Assembly (NCBI GenBank): GCA_951406725.2
Contig: OX597826.1
Location: 61,504,001-61,568,000 of the forward strand
Source of the DNA: Octopus vulgaris
Lineage: Eukaryota
Length of the DNA: 64,000 nt
Direction of reading: 5' to 3'
The position numbers and the translations under genes are program-made. The notes beneath the pieces are model-generated. The model saw only the letters and a list, made by a program, of their open reading frames with translations. It did no database searches and was not told where the DNA came from. Positions 14,216 through 25,626 of this stretch are shown here, piece after piece (within the stretch, counting starts at the first letter, position 1; each line of letters begins with the position of its first letter).

Positions 14216-17200
14216 AACACACATGCACACACACACACACATACACACACACACACACACACATTCCATGCTACGATAAAAAGTGGTGCACTGCAGTGGA
14301 ATATTCGACTCGAGTCAAATATAACTAACAGCTACAAATCATTGTTAGAATATCCGCATAAGTGGAGCCATGACCGGCTAGTTTGTACAGCCACCAATTC
14401 GTATTAGTTGCAATGATAATGATATCAAACTAAATGGGTGATATCTTGAAATTATTCAAGTTCGTGTAATATATAATAAGAAATGTATCCATTACTTAAA
14501 CCTTACTCAGTTAAATATTTCATCACGTAAACATTTCGAAATGAATCTTTGATCAGAAACGATACAAACAGTATTCAACATTTCTTTTGTTTCAGGTAAT
14601 TGTTCAAACGGATTTTATATTTTTGTATGATAACATGTAGTTTGCCATAAGGCGGCGAGCTGGAAGAACTGTAACCACGCCGGATAGAATGCTTAGCAGT
14701 ATTTCTTCCGACTTATCCTTCTGAGTTCAAATTTCGCTGGAGTAGAAGTTGCCTTTCGTTCTCTCCAGGTCGATAAAATAAGTACTTGATATATTAGGAT
14801 CGATGTAAGCAACTTCTCTCCTTCCCGGAAATTGCTGGCATCGTGCTAAAATTTGAAACAAATATATTATTTTGCATGATTATCATTAAGAAGAAAACAA
14901 ATGTCAGACGTTTTAGTACTCTAGCTATCCTCATATTAATCTTATTTCATTGTGTGACTTACTCTGCCTGACTTCTGGCTGAATTATTAAGCAATGAACA
15001 ATTAATTGAATAATGAGTATTTAAATAAAATATCAAATTACTTGCACATCGCATCCATCTGACTTCTTATCGCGTTTGGATTCGCTTCTACTGAGACTGG
15101 GTCACTTAATTTCGCTGTACAACTCTGAAATTCACTTGAAGCTGTGTCCATACAACCATTGCTCAATGTTATCCACAGAAAAATAGTAACTGAAATATAG
15201 AATGAATAAGAAGTTATTTAAAGAAATAGTTATAAATATTTATGCTTTTAATTATGTAATGTGTGTCTGTTTTGTTTTGAGTGAGCTTATGCGCGTGTAT
15301 ACTTGGCCAACGATTTTTTAATTGTGTTTTCAAAGTTTTACGCAACATTGCAATATTATACAGTATATGTGTGGTAATATTTGCAATAACGTGGGTTTAA
15401 GTTGGATACCATTGCGCAGCACCACGTTGGATAAATATCTTCTATTAGACCACCAAGTTGATCAATAAGAAAAAAATTGTTGAATTGAAAGGCAGAAACA
15501 ATCTGTAATCAGGGATTGTACATACAAACATTTACCCATCTCCATACATTTATTCACTAGAACAAACAAACAATTTTAAAGATAGAATATTTCACTGTTA
15601 TCTGGGGATGTGTAGGACTGGTGCAGGTGACCTCGGGGCATGTCCAGAGACATTTGGAGCTGTAGCACACATGTCTAAGGGCCAGGGTTGTGTACCTTAG
15701 CCTATGTTCTCATTGTTGTATTGCACAGAAATAGCTTCTACTTCATGACATAAAATGGGATTCTTGACAGGTACTACCAGCCCTTAACGAAATTAAGAGC
15801 TGTGGTGAATAAGGGTAGTTTGTTAGTTTCCAAAACTTCAGAAACCACGAACTGGAAAGACATTGCTGGATGTAGTTTAATGTCGCTATTCTCATTCCGA
15901 GAGATGTCAAAGATTGATTAAATTGGTTGACAATATTAAACTGATACGAAATCTATGAAAGCCTCGAATTACAGAAAGACACTTGTTAAGAATGAAACAG
16001 TTTAATTGAAATGCCTAACTTGATCGCTAGACCTACTAGAAGTAACAATAGAACTATCCTGAAATATTACATAATATATCAAAGGAAATATCAGATAATA
16101 TATCACAGCAAAAGAATGATCACAGGTGTGTTGCATGATGGCGAATGTGGGACTAGACAACAATTAGATTTGTAAAGTGATCAACAACAGCAATAGAAAG
16201 GAATATCAAAATAGCTAATATAAAGGGAGTGTCTGAATGACTCATCGTGAGAGTAAGAGTGTCTGGATGATTAATATAGAGGGGAGGAGCGTTTTGATGA
16301 CTAATTCAGAGAGGAGAAAACTAGTATAGAAAGGATTACCTAACACACCGACTCGTACAACATAATATTGATTTCTAACATGGTTACAAGACTCAACATA
16401 CTTGAAAGAGTGGATTGTGAATAAAATCGACAACAATACTTGACTGCTAACGTCTTTTTAAATCAAATCACGAATGATGAAGAAAAATCTCAGGCTGACA
16501 GAAATATATAATAAAATTTTAGAGTTTCATGGACGCTCTAAAAATATTCCAGTCCACACCTATTTTACAATGCAATTATTTTACCAGGAAAACTGGTATT
16601 CCGTTTTTTTTTGTACAGAATTATGACTATGAATTGTTGAGAAATTTTTCTGAGATGCTTATTTTTAGAGTTGGCAAAAAACAAAGAGCTTCTTTAACAA
16701 TTAAATATTTCTCACACACCCACTTCACGGTAATGTTAATTATTTAGACAAAGCCTTCCACTCTATCAGTCATTTAAATACTTTTTATAAAATGTGCAAA
16801 TAACTTGAAACAAAAAACGTTTGAACTAAACAAAAATCAACGAAAAAAATGTAAAAGAAGAAAAAGACTTGATAAATCATTGTGAATAAACGAAAGCAGA
16901 GAAATATTGTGGGAATATTTTTCAGACATGAAAAGAAAAAATACATCTAAATCGACCACATTCTAATGATTTCTATCAGTAAATTAGTAGAATAATTAAA
17001 ACTGTTTTTCTAATTATTAACCCATTTTATTTTCAAGTAAAAAACGTCTTTTATATTTATTTTTTTAGAATGTTATTTATTAAACATTGATATTTTATAC
17101 ATCAACTAACTATGAACTTCTGTAATTTAAATCAGGGACAGTGAAACTTTTTAGTGTGGCGGGCAAAAATTTCCAAAGAAAAGGGCCCGCCAAGAGAAAA

Positions 17201-20200
17201 AGATGTTTTATAAACACATTCTACCAGTATACGAAGTTTAAATTTTTTTAGTTACCTAGAAATTATGTTAAAAACTGCCGTTCAAACCGAAAAGATCCTA
17301 TATATATCTATGTATAATTCGATATACATCAATAAAGATATAAGTTTAACACATTAAATTATCATATAACTTCTTCATTCACGCCGCTACTGAATTTAGC
17401 ACGTTTATATTACTTATGAGGTATCTTTCAGTTAGAGTGTAGTTGGGTCTCACGAGAGTAGTATAAACTTAGCAGTATGTGTTTTATAGTGAAAACAAAA
17501 TTTCTACTCAAATGACAATTGCCGGACGATTTTCTGTTCGAGTATAACAGTTTTAAGTTGTAGTAGAAACGCGACCTATGTCGCATATAGGCATACTAGT
17601 ATCGTATAAATTTTATAATTGAAAAATTTACTATATTTTGTTCATACGAGTATACTAGCCTGCGGGCGTAAACTGCGCCCGCCGGCAGGGATTTCTCCAC
17701 CCTCAATTTAAATAATCCCCTTCAATGCATGAGCAGCCCTTCCTTGTACGATGGCTTTTGGACTATGAAAAACTTCAATACCTTATCTCCCATATTCTTT
17801 TGGAAGTTGTTTAACTTTAGAACAATCTTCATTAGACAAATGATCAACGACATTCTCTCTGCGACTTTTCGTTCTTTTCTTCAGGTTAATATATATAGTG
17901 CTTCACCAAACTTAGGTTAATATATAAAGTGCTTCACCAAACTTAGATGGAGAACACACTTTACCCAAAACCACAACCACAACCACAACCACAACCAAAA
18001 TCCTGACACACAATACATGCCTGACTATAACCGTTGCTTTTATGATAAACGTGACATGTCGTTCGACATGAAAAGGGTCTACCCTACCAACTTACTCTTC
18101 AACAAAAGAGTATGCATGCCACCCTATACTGACGCTGCTTTGGAAGCGAAGTTCACACTTACTAAAGCCAAGATTCTATCAGCCTTCTCCAATTACACCC
18201 AAAGGCATATACAAGAACGCTCAGTAAATAAGACCCACGATCTTAACACCAAAATTAAGAAAGGCCTTAACATATTAAAAAGACGCATCAAAAACAGAGA
18301 GATTGTATGTTTCCCAACTGACAAATCAGGTAGGATGTCTGTTGACAACATACCTAATTATATCTCGAACATGCAACCACACATCAGAGACATGACAGAA
18401 ACCACAACACTCGAATATATCGAGAACGAAAAGATCGTTAATGCTCACATGGGGATGTGGAGTATAATTCTCCAGTCGGAGAAGCGCACAGCTAACAACT
18501 TCTTAACCACCAACAACGAAATCCCACCCCTATATGGCCTTCGCAAAGATCACAAGAGCCACACGGATCATATACTTGGGCCACCCACCCGACCCGTTTG
18601 TGGTGCCAACAATGCAAACAACCACAAAATATCATACTTTCTCACACAATTCCTACGACCGTTAATAGAACTATCTGCGGATGTATGTGACAGTACTGAG
18701 GACCTCCTTAGCAGGATCCGCGAATGCAACAACGCGTGTGACCTCAAGAACCACATCGTGGGTAGCATGGATGTGGTATCACTATACCCCTCCATCGATG
18801 TAGACTTTGCTGTCGATAAATGTATAGAAATAGTTAGTGAGAGTGGTATGATATTTAAGAATGTGGATGTATATGAACTAGGGCTCTTCCTGGCCCTGAC
18901 GTGTACCAATGAATACCTGTCGCGCAATAACCTTCTATATGCTTGTCCCACCCGTAACAAACACGGTAGACCACCTACCATTACCTCAGCTTACAGGAAG
19001 ACTCACTGTGAGCGCTGGCAGGGATGGACAAAGCCGGACTACCCACCTTCAAGTGCACACGATATTAGAACCACCATCGCACATGCTATCGGTGTCAGCC
19101 TGAGATTTACGCTAAAAACACATATTTTTAAATTTGACAACAAACTGTATAAGCAAACGAAAGGCGGTGCTATTGGAGTGGGGATCGCCGGTGACGTTGC
19201 TAACCTCTTCATGGTATGGTGGGACAAGCGTTTCAAACAGTGCCTAGCAAACCGTAACATCCACTTGGCTATGTACTCTCGTTACGTCGACGACATTAAC
19301 CTTGTTGTGAAATATAATACAGACACAGGTATGGGCCCTCTACCAAGTGAAGAACAGGTGATGACATCTATACAACACATAGCTGACTCTATCCACAGCA
19401 GTATAAAACTTACCATAGACTACCCCTCTAAACACTCCAGTAAACGATTACCCGTCCTAGATACTGAGCTATGGATGGAAGATGCTATGGTTAATGGTAC
19501 CATTAAACCCTGTATACTCCACTCACACTATCAGAAACCGATGGCTAATCCACTAGTAATCCGTAGTGACTCAGCTATGTCGGATACTGCCAAACTCAAC
19601 ATCCTAGTGGCAGACTTAGTTAGAGTAATGAGGAATGTATCACCACTATGCCAACCACAAGAACGACAACAACACATCCAGCACTACATATTCCGAATGC
19701 AACGCTCCGGATACACACAAGACGATAGAGTCAGGGTGTACAAAGGAGCGAAAGCTAGATTCGAACGCATTCTAAGGAACGACGAAAACGGTATATGCCC
19801 CCTGTACCGCAACAAGTTCTGGAATAGGTTAGAGAGGGACACCAACAAAAAGATGAGAAACGTTACTTGGTACGATAACAGGAGATTTCACGGAGTGATG
19901 TTCGTTGACGCCACACCTAAGAACGAGCTAAGTAAGGCATTCAAGAAAGTCCTGCGCACTACGGGCCTAAAAGTTAAAGTCGTAGAAAAGACAGGTAGGA
20001 CTATCAAATCGGCATTATGCAGATCATATCCATTTGATAGAATCACCTGTCAAAGTAATTGTGCAGTATGTTCGACAAATCCACATGTAAATTGTAAAAC
20101 CAAGGGCACTGTATACCAGATTAAGTGCCAGGAGGGAGCTTGCACGACTAACCCAGAGTCATACATAGGTGAGACTTCTAGAAGCATCAATGATAGGTTC

Positions 20201-21620
20201 AAAGAACACCTGGACAACTACATTGAAAGGAAGCCAAACTCCATCTTCTACCAACATGCTGTAGACTGCCACAAGGGATCCTTAGGGAAGCTTAAGTTGA
20301 ACATCCTATCAACACATCCCACCGATGCAATGTTGAGACAGGTCACAGAAGCTGTTTGTATACAAGAATACAAACCTACTCTCAACCGAAAGTCCGAATG
20401 GAGTAACATCCAGATCCCATTCAGAAGGACTATTCTATAACCACCTCTCTCTCTCTCTCTCCCTTTTACCTGTAGTCCTTACATACAGGTTGCAATGAAA
20501 ATGTGCAGTTATATACAACGGTATGAGCGGACGTTGTTTGATACGGACAGTTGCACTTAGGCGTTGTATCCATTCACGGTTAGACGATGATGAGAGGAAC
20601 AAACACACACCCACACATATATATGTGTGTGCGTCTATACAAACATATATGTGAATATGTATACAACCTTCAGCAAAGTACCAGTCATGTACACAACTTG
20701 GACGGACACATGCCAGTACACGGACATACGTTCACATACACATACACATGTACACACTGACACGTCGGCCCATTCTCCTAGACACTCACATACATACGTA
20801 GCACATGAATACAAACATACACACATACCTACGTATGGGCATACACACGTACATACGCACGTACATGTACGCACACACATACATGGGCACATGCATACGA
20901 GAGCGGATCCATACATACGCACATGCGTACGTATGTACATACATACATACACACATACATACATACATACATACATACATACATACATACATACATACAT
21001 ACATACGCACATACATACATACATACGCACAATAGTAAAACAATAGTTCTGTGATATAGAGATAAAGATCTGATAATAGATTTTAGGGTATAGTTTTGGG
21101 AGTAAGCATCGTAAATCACTTTCTAGCTTCGGCCGTAGGAAGTTGAAATTTGATAGCTTTGTGATGAGTGGTCACTCCACATCCATCCATCGCTACAGGT
21201 TTATAGCTTTATGTTTTATAGAGTGTGTGTGCGTGCATATACACACATACATACATACATACATACATACATACATACATACATACATACATACATACAT
21301 ACATACATGCATACACAGGCGTATGTACGTACATGCATACGTACATACATACACACATGTATGCATACATACACACATACATACGTACATATATATGACG
21401 AACTAACTGTTACTTTCTTAGATGCAGCACGGACTTTGTCAGTGAACAGGTCGCGGATTTTAGCGACGAAAATATTTTGACAAATTAAACTTAAATGTTG
21501 AAGTGAATCGAACGGCTTTTGTGTGTTTCTTAAATGGCTTATAAACACCTTCCACGCTGCAATTGTTTTCGTTTCAGCACACGATCTCAGATCAAATTAC
21601 TTGCTATGCGAGTACATCTC

Positions 21621-21670
<50 letters not shown>

Positions 21671-22033
21671 CATATGGTATAATTATAAAGAAGGCAAATT
21701 TTTAGCCATTATATATATATGATCAGAATAAGCAACAATGATATCCAGAGGTAATGCAGTACGATCATTTCATACAACTCCATTTAATATAATAATAAAA
21801 TCATTACATCAATTTAAAATGTAGAGCATGAAATTTATCACTCACAACAACATACGAATGATTAACATACGCATGATTAGCAAAATTTTGGGATCAAATC
21901 CTATCTACAATACTGAGTAAATAACTTTATGTATCATAAAATTTATTTATCAAAGCGAATTTGCCAACAAAGACGGGATCTGTAGGATGATAATTCATTT
22001 TTCCTCTTTATCAAAATCTCTTGCTTATCTTTC

Positions 22034-22069
<36 letters not shown>

Positions 22070-22103
22070 TGTATGTATGTATGTATGTATGTATGTATGT
22101 ATG

Positions 22104-22138
<35 letters not shown>

Positions 22139-22807
22139 TATATAGAAGGAGCTTCTACAGGACTAGAACTGTTTCATTCAAGAGAAATCTTCAGGAAGCT
22201 AGTTAACAAGAATTGTATTGGCATTTATACATTTAGGCAGGTTTAAAGGGGTGTTGGTGGGGGACTTTTTGGGGGTAGGCATAGCGCAAAATATCATACT
22301 TGGGGGAGTGGTCAAGGAGTCAGTGTTAAATTAGATAGAAGAATCTTCCAAATAAAAAAAATAAAAATAAAAATATATATATATATAAAAAAGGGGGAAT
22401 AGAGGTTTTAGGTAAAATAAGGAGATTCTCACTTATACCTATGCACATATGTATACATATATACACACATGCATACAAACATATATACATATACATACAC
22501 ACATACATACACACACATATATATATATACATATATATACACTTACACATACATATACATATCTACACATACACATATATGTATACATACACACACTCAC
22601 ATGCATACACGTATACACACATGTATATATACACACACACGACCACACATACATATACACACAGAAAAATATATATACACATACACACACACATACTCAC
22701 ATACACGCATACACACACAAATCCACACACACACACATGCACACACAGCACACTAGTCCCTATATACACATATATACACATACACACATATATACACACA
22801 CATACAT

Positions 22808-22849
<42 letters not shown>

Positions 22850-23139
22850 GTGTACCTATGCATACCTACACATACACACATATATATATACACATACAAA
22901 TACAGACCCATTCCCTAATTTTAATTTTATTAACACATATATACATACACATACATACATACACATATATACACATATACACACATATACACATATATAC
23001 ACACATACACATACATACATATACACACATACACATACATACGTATACATACATACATACATCCATACATCCATACATACATACATTTATACACATACAC
23101 ACACCCACATACATACATATATATACGCGCATATATATA

Positions 23140-23179
<40 letters not shown>

Positions 23180-23509
23180 TACATATATATTCATACACAC
23201 ACATACATATACATACATACATATACAAATATACGCACACACATACATACATACTCATATACTCATACACGCACATACACATGTACATGCGTACCCATAC
23301 ACACACACACACACGCGCGTCCATATATACACATAAGTACACCCATGCGTAAAAGTATACATATATCTATGCTTACACATACACACACACACACGCACCT
23401 CCTTATATTCATACTTATGCATACTCAAAAAATAAATAATAAATAATAAATATTAAGTATATGTACGTGCAGTTACCTATTATATAGACGGATACATACA
23501 TATAAACTT

Positions 23510-23564
<55 letters not shown>

Positions 23565-23970
23565 TACACATATATATACACATACACACATACATACATA
23601 TATATATATACACACACACACATACACACACATATATATATATATATATACATACTTACACATGTACATATAAATACACACATAGATAACTCTACGTTTT
23701 TTTATTTTTTATTTATTCTTCTATCTAATTTAACACTGACTCCTTGACCACTCCCCCAAGTATGATATTTTGCGCTATGCCTACCCCAAAAGTCTTTACC
23801 TCTAAATGTATAAATGCCAATACAATTCTTGTTAACTAGCTTCCTGAAGATTTCTCTTGAATGAAACAGTTCTAGTCCTGTAGAAGCTCCTTCTATATAA
23901 TAAATGTAATTTTACTCTGCTATGTATTGTAGTATGTATTTACTGTGGTTAACCCCGAATCAACCCGGGA

Positions 23971-24033
<63 letters not shown>

Positions 24034-24419
24034 TATATATACCAAACACTCTATTGGATGTTATGGGGGAGGGAAAAATAAAAATATGGTGATAAAATAA
24101 TGGAATATTTCATACCTCTGTAATAAATTCTGCTTCTAACAGTATACCGTTAACGACGCATATTCCGTTGAGAAATTTCTCTTATGACATATAAAATATA
24201 TTTTCAAACCGTTCGCATTCCCAAAACCTATTTGTATTCTTAACGTTTTTTTTTCTATAATCGCATCGCAAAACTTCTAAGGCTTTGCGATAAAAAAACA
24301 GATTTTAAATGAATAAACAAATAAATAACTACATTAATTAATTATTTATATGTGTAAAAGAAAAAAAGAAGGAATATCATCTTACCAACAAATATGTATC
24401 GAGGCAAAACTCCGTTCAT
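922..24419 (-). CDS. Gene A (spliced, 5 coding exons): 230-aa signal-peptide-bearing, predicted GPI-anchored 10-cysteine protein of unknown family
   Basis: Exons 24419-24386, 15189-15042, 10634-10489, 5262-5100, 1123-922 join through GT-AG introns (phases 1,2,1,2) into 693 nt with no internal stop: [230 protein letters not shown]. Exon-by-exon homology with gene B supports the model. Confidence 0.85.
4445..5032 (-). mobile_element. Tandem trimer of SINE family 2
   Basis: Three head-to-tail units containing GACCCCGAAAGGATGAAAGGCAAAGTCGACCTCGGCGGAATTTGAACTC (Meta-SINE-like core). Confidence 0.85.
5100..5262 (-). CDS. Gene A exon 4
   Basis: TATTTCAG acceptor, GTATGT donor; 163 nt, phase 1 in / phase 2 out; ILGGIPCL...EYC(P). 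Confidence 0.85.
5730..5885 (-). pseudogene. Degenerate duplicate of gene A exon 4
   Basis: [51 protein letters not shown] aligns with exon 4 [48 protein letters not shown]; the acceptor, terminal Cys and phase-2 donor are missing. Confidence 0.8.
7020..7810 (-). mobile_element. Tc1-family transposase remnant
   Basis: [44 protein letters not shown], split across frames. Confidence 0.88.
7859..8275 (+). mobile_element. tRNA-derived SINE family 1 (octopus-type)
   Basis: A box TGGCTGTGTGG, B box GGTTCAGTCC, internal (TA)/(TG) tract, GGCGGTGCTCCAGCATGGCC tail and (GTAAAAGA)n end. Confidence 0.9.
9724..10440 (+). mobile_element. Tc1-family element, 5' part (TIR + decayed transposase)
   Basis: Starts CACTGACATGACAGAAG after (TA)n; [45 protein letters not shown]; related to 7020-7810; inverted terminal copy at 8907-8993. 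Confidence 0.8.
10489..10634 (-). CDS. Gene A exon 3
   Basis: TTTCTTTTTCTAG acceptor, GTAAGA donor; 146 nt, same length as gene B exon 3; [19 protein letters not shown]...EMCEHEE. Confidence 0.87.
11150..12030. mobile_element. MITE-like element with long imperfect terminal inverted repeats
   Basis: CTGGAGTTAAAAAATTGTCTTGTTTTTATAGAGAGAAC (near 11243-11280) is inverted near 11917-11953; TTTCACAGATT...GTTGAGATAG is inverted near 11966-12001. Confidence 0.6.
12119..12276. repeat. Imperfect hairpin with about 60-bp arms
   Basis: CATTAAGTAC...CGAGCGAAAAACACGTAAACAC...GAGAGATAAGTA pairs with TACTTGTCTCTC.GTGTTTACGCGTTTTTCGCTCG...GTATTTAATG. Confidence 0.8.
12896..14131 (+). mobile_element. Mariner transposon (Hsmar1/mellifera-like), near full length, defective transposase
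   Basis: TIRs TTGGGTTGTCCGGAAAGTTCGTG / CACGAACTTTCCGGACAACCCAA with TA duplications; [35 protein letters not shown] split by stops and frameshifts. Confidence 0.93.
15042..15189 (-). CDS. Gene A exon 2 (signal peptide end + first three Cys)
   Basis: ATATTTCAG acceptor, GTAATT donor; 148 nt; [23 protein letters not shown]...AMC; clear homologue of 48317-48461. Confidence 0.87.
17133..17705. mobile_element. Non-autonomous hAT-like element
   Basis: Starts CAGGGACAGTGAAACTT, has GCGGGC/GCCCGC subterminal motifs, and is flanked by an 8-bp direct repeat ATTTAAAT (17125-17132, 17706-17713). Confidence 0.6.
17927..20600 (+). mobile_element. Penelope-like retroelement, 5'-truncated, in intron 1 of gene A (antisense)
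   Basis: Uninterrupted RT-GIY-YIG ORF; 31-bp tandem duplication (17883-17944) at the 5' junction; 3' end runs into CA/CATA-rich repeats, so that boundary is approximate. Confidence 0.85.
18017..20440 (+). CDS. Penelope-like element ORF: reverse transcriptase + C-terminal GIY-YIG endonuclease (807 aa)
   Basis: [30 protein letters not shown] (motif A), GGAIG (B'), RYVDDI (C), LPVLD; C-terminal VYQIKC...YIGETSR...RFKEH...EA...KPTLN. The frame is open upstream to 17921 (KCFTKLRWR). Confidence 0.92.
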   Translation: MPDYNRCFYDKRDMSFDMKRVYPTNLLFNKRVCMPPYTDAALEAKFTLTKAKILSAFSNYTQRHIQERSVNKTHDLNTKIKKGLNILKRRIKNREIVCFPTDKSGRMSVDNIPNYISNMQPHIRDMTETTTLEYIENEKIVNAHMGMWSIILQSEKRTANNFLTTNNEIPPLYGLRKDHKSHTDHILGPPTRPVCGANNANNHKISYFLTQFLRPLIELSADVCDSTEDLLSRIRECNNACDLKNHIVGSMDVVSLYPSIDVDFAVDKCIEIVSESGMIFKNVDVYELGLFLALTCTNEYLSRNNLLYACPTRNKHGRPPTITSAYRKTHCERWQGWTKPDYPPSSAHDIRTTIAHAIGVSLRFTLKTHIFKFDNKLYKQTKGGAIGVGIAGDVANLFMVWWDKRFKQCLANRNIHLAMYSRYVDDINLVVKYNTDTGMGPLPSEEQVMTSIQHIADSIHSSIKLTIDYPSKHSSKRLPVLDTELWMEDAMVNGTIKPCILHSHYQKPMANPLVIRSDSAMSDTAKLNILVADLVRVMRNVSPLCQPQERQQHIQHYIFRMQRSGYTQDDRVRVYKGAKARFERILRNDENGICPLYRNKFWNRLERDTNKKMRNVTWYDNRRFHGVMFVDATPKNELSKAFKKVLRTTGLKVKVVEKTGRTIKSALCRSYPFDRITCQSNCAVCSTNPHVNCKTKGTVYQIKCQEGACTTNPESYIGETSRSINDRFKEHLDNYIERKPNSIFYQHAVDCHKGSLGKLKLNILSTHPTDAMLRQVTEAVCIQEYKPTLNRKSEWSNIQIPFRRTIL
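22132..23905. repeat. About 200-bp inverted repeat enclosing a degenerate CA/TA microsatellite block
   Basis: 22132-22347 is the reverse complement of 23714-23905 apart from one indel region. Confidence 0.92.
23838..23888 (+). ncRNA. Type I hammerhead-ribozyme-like motif (identical inverted copy at 22150-22200)
   Basis: AGCTTC-CTGAAGA-TTTC/TCTT/GAAT-GAAA-CAG..CTG-TA-GAAGCT: stems I and III pair, GUA cleavage triplet, stem II lacks the canonical closing pair. Confidence 0.55.
24386..24419 (-). CDS. Gene A first coding exon (signal peptide start [11 protein letters not shown])
   Basis: AAAATGA start context, phase-1 GTAAGA donor matching the exon 2 acceptor; completes a plausible signal peptide. 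Short, so less certain. Confidence 0.68.
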
Positions 24420-24488
24420 TTTCGACGCGCTTAGTTTGAAGAAAAATCAAACAGGTTTGGTTGTGACTAATAAAGACTGTGTTCTATT

Positions 24489-24610
24489 CTGAAAATAAAG
24501 CGATTGTATGTAGGTAGTAACTGTTAACCGGATAGGTTATACTCTACCTGTTTTATGATTATCAAAACCTGATTGGTTGTCTTAATGACGTATGATATCA
24601 TTATATACAG
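24489..24610 (-). promoter_or_regulatory. Putative core promoter / 5' UTR region of gene A
   Basis: Minus-strand TATATAA at 24607-24601; a possible short 5' UTR intron (CAG|GTAGAG donor near 24547, TTTTCAG acceptor near 24489). Motif-level evidence only. Confidence 0.35.
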
Positions 24611-25035
24611 GTATGCTATTTCACATCAATAAACAGGCACAACAGTTTTACAGACTTACACGCAAGAATTCATTTGCAGAACACACTTAGAAACTCGTTT
24701 TGGGACAATGCACAAAATGAGAGTTGCACTGCTCATACATGCACACATACATACATACACACATACATACACACACACATACATACACAATTCCATATAT
24801 ATGGAGAAACATACATTCATGCAGGCATACATGCGCACAAACACACACATATATATAATATTATTTAAATATAACATGTACACACACACGCGCACTAAAC
24901 ACACGATAAAATCAATGTACACAATAATGCTTCTCAACCACTATACTAGAAGCGAGTGTCTTTTCGTATAGCTTCGGCCGATCAAGGTCGGGCGAGTGAA
25001 TTAAGTAGAGGGAACGTGTGTTGAAACCCCTCCTG

Positions 25036-25094
<59 letters not shown>

Positions 25095-25164
25095 CTCTAT
25101 ATTATAATTCTGAAATGCGAAAAGTTTGTCTGGTTTGGGCATTGGAACGGGTTAAGGGGCACTA

Positions 25165-25579
25165 GTTGGGGTCAGATTGACTCCAAAATTTACAGAGACA
25201 TGTAAAATGAGATGAGGATGCGAGTGGGCTAGGTTAGAAATCCTTATCTTAAAAGGTGTCGTTGCTAGGGCAAAAAACGCACACTTTGACAAGTCTCCTC
25301 TCATTCTTTTATCTGCCTGTCTTCCTCCATCTCTCTCTCTCTCTTTCCTCCCTTCCTTTCACTTTCTCTCTATAACGTCGTTTGATAGCGTCTACTATCT
25401 TTCCTCCGCCGCATTCAATATTTTTACGCTTTTTAAACCCTTCGTCGTTATTCTTATTCACTCATTATTACTTTCTATCTCCCCCTCTCTCTCTATCTAT
25501 ATATAGAAAGAATGATTCTCATGATTGTGTGGTGGTGGTTATGGCGATGATAATTCTCTCTATGAATGCAGACAGACGT

Positions 25580-25626
<47 letters not shown>

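Noticed and set aside
18568-19260. Antisense and alternative-frame ORFs inside the Penelope ORF (likewise 61119-62312 in the LINE)
   Set aside because: Shadow ORFs with no independent motifs.
21161-21185. GTGATGA-GTGG-TCACT-CCAC as the hammerhead of the intact Penelope element
   Set aside because: No GAAA follows the stem and the core lacks C3.
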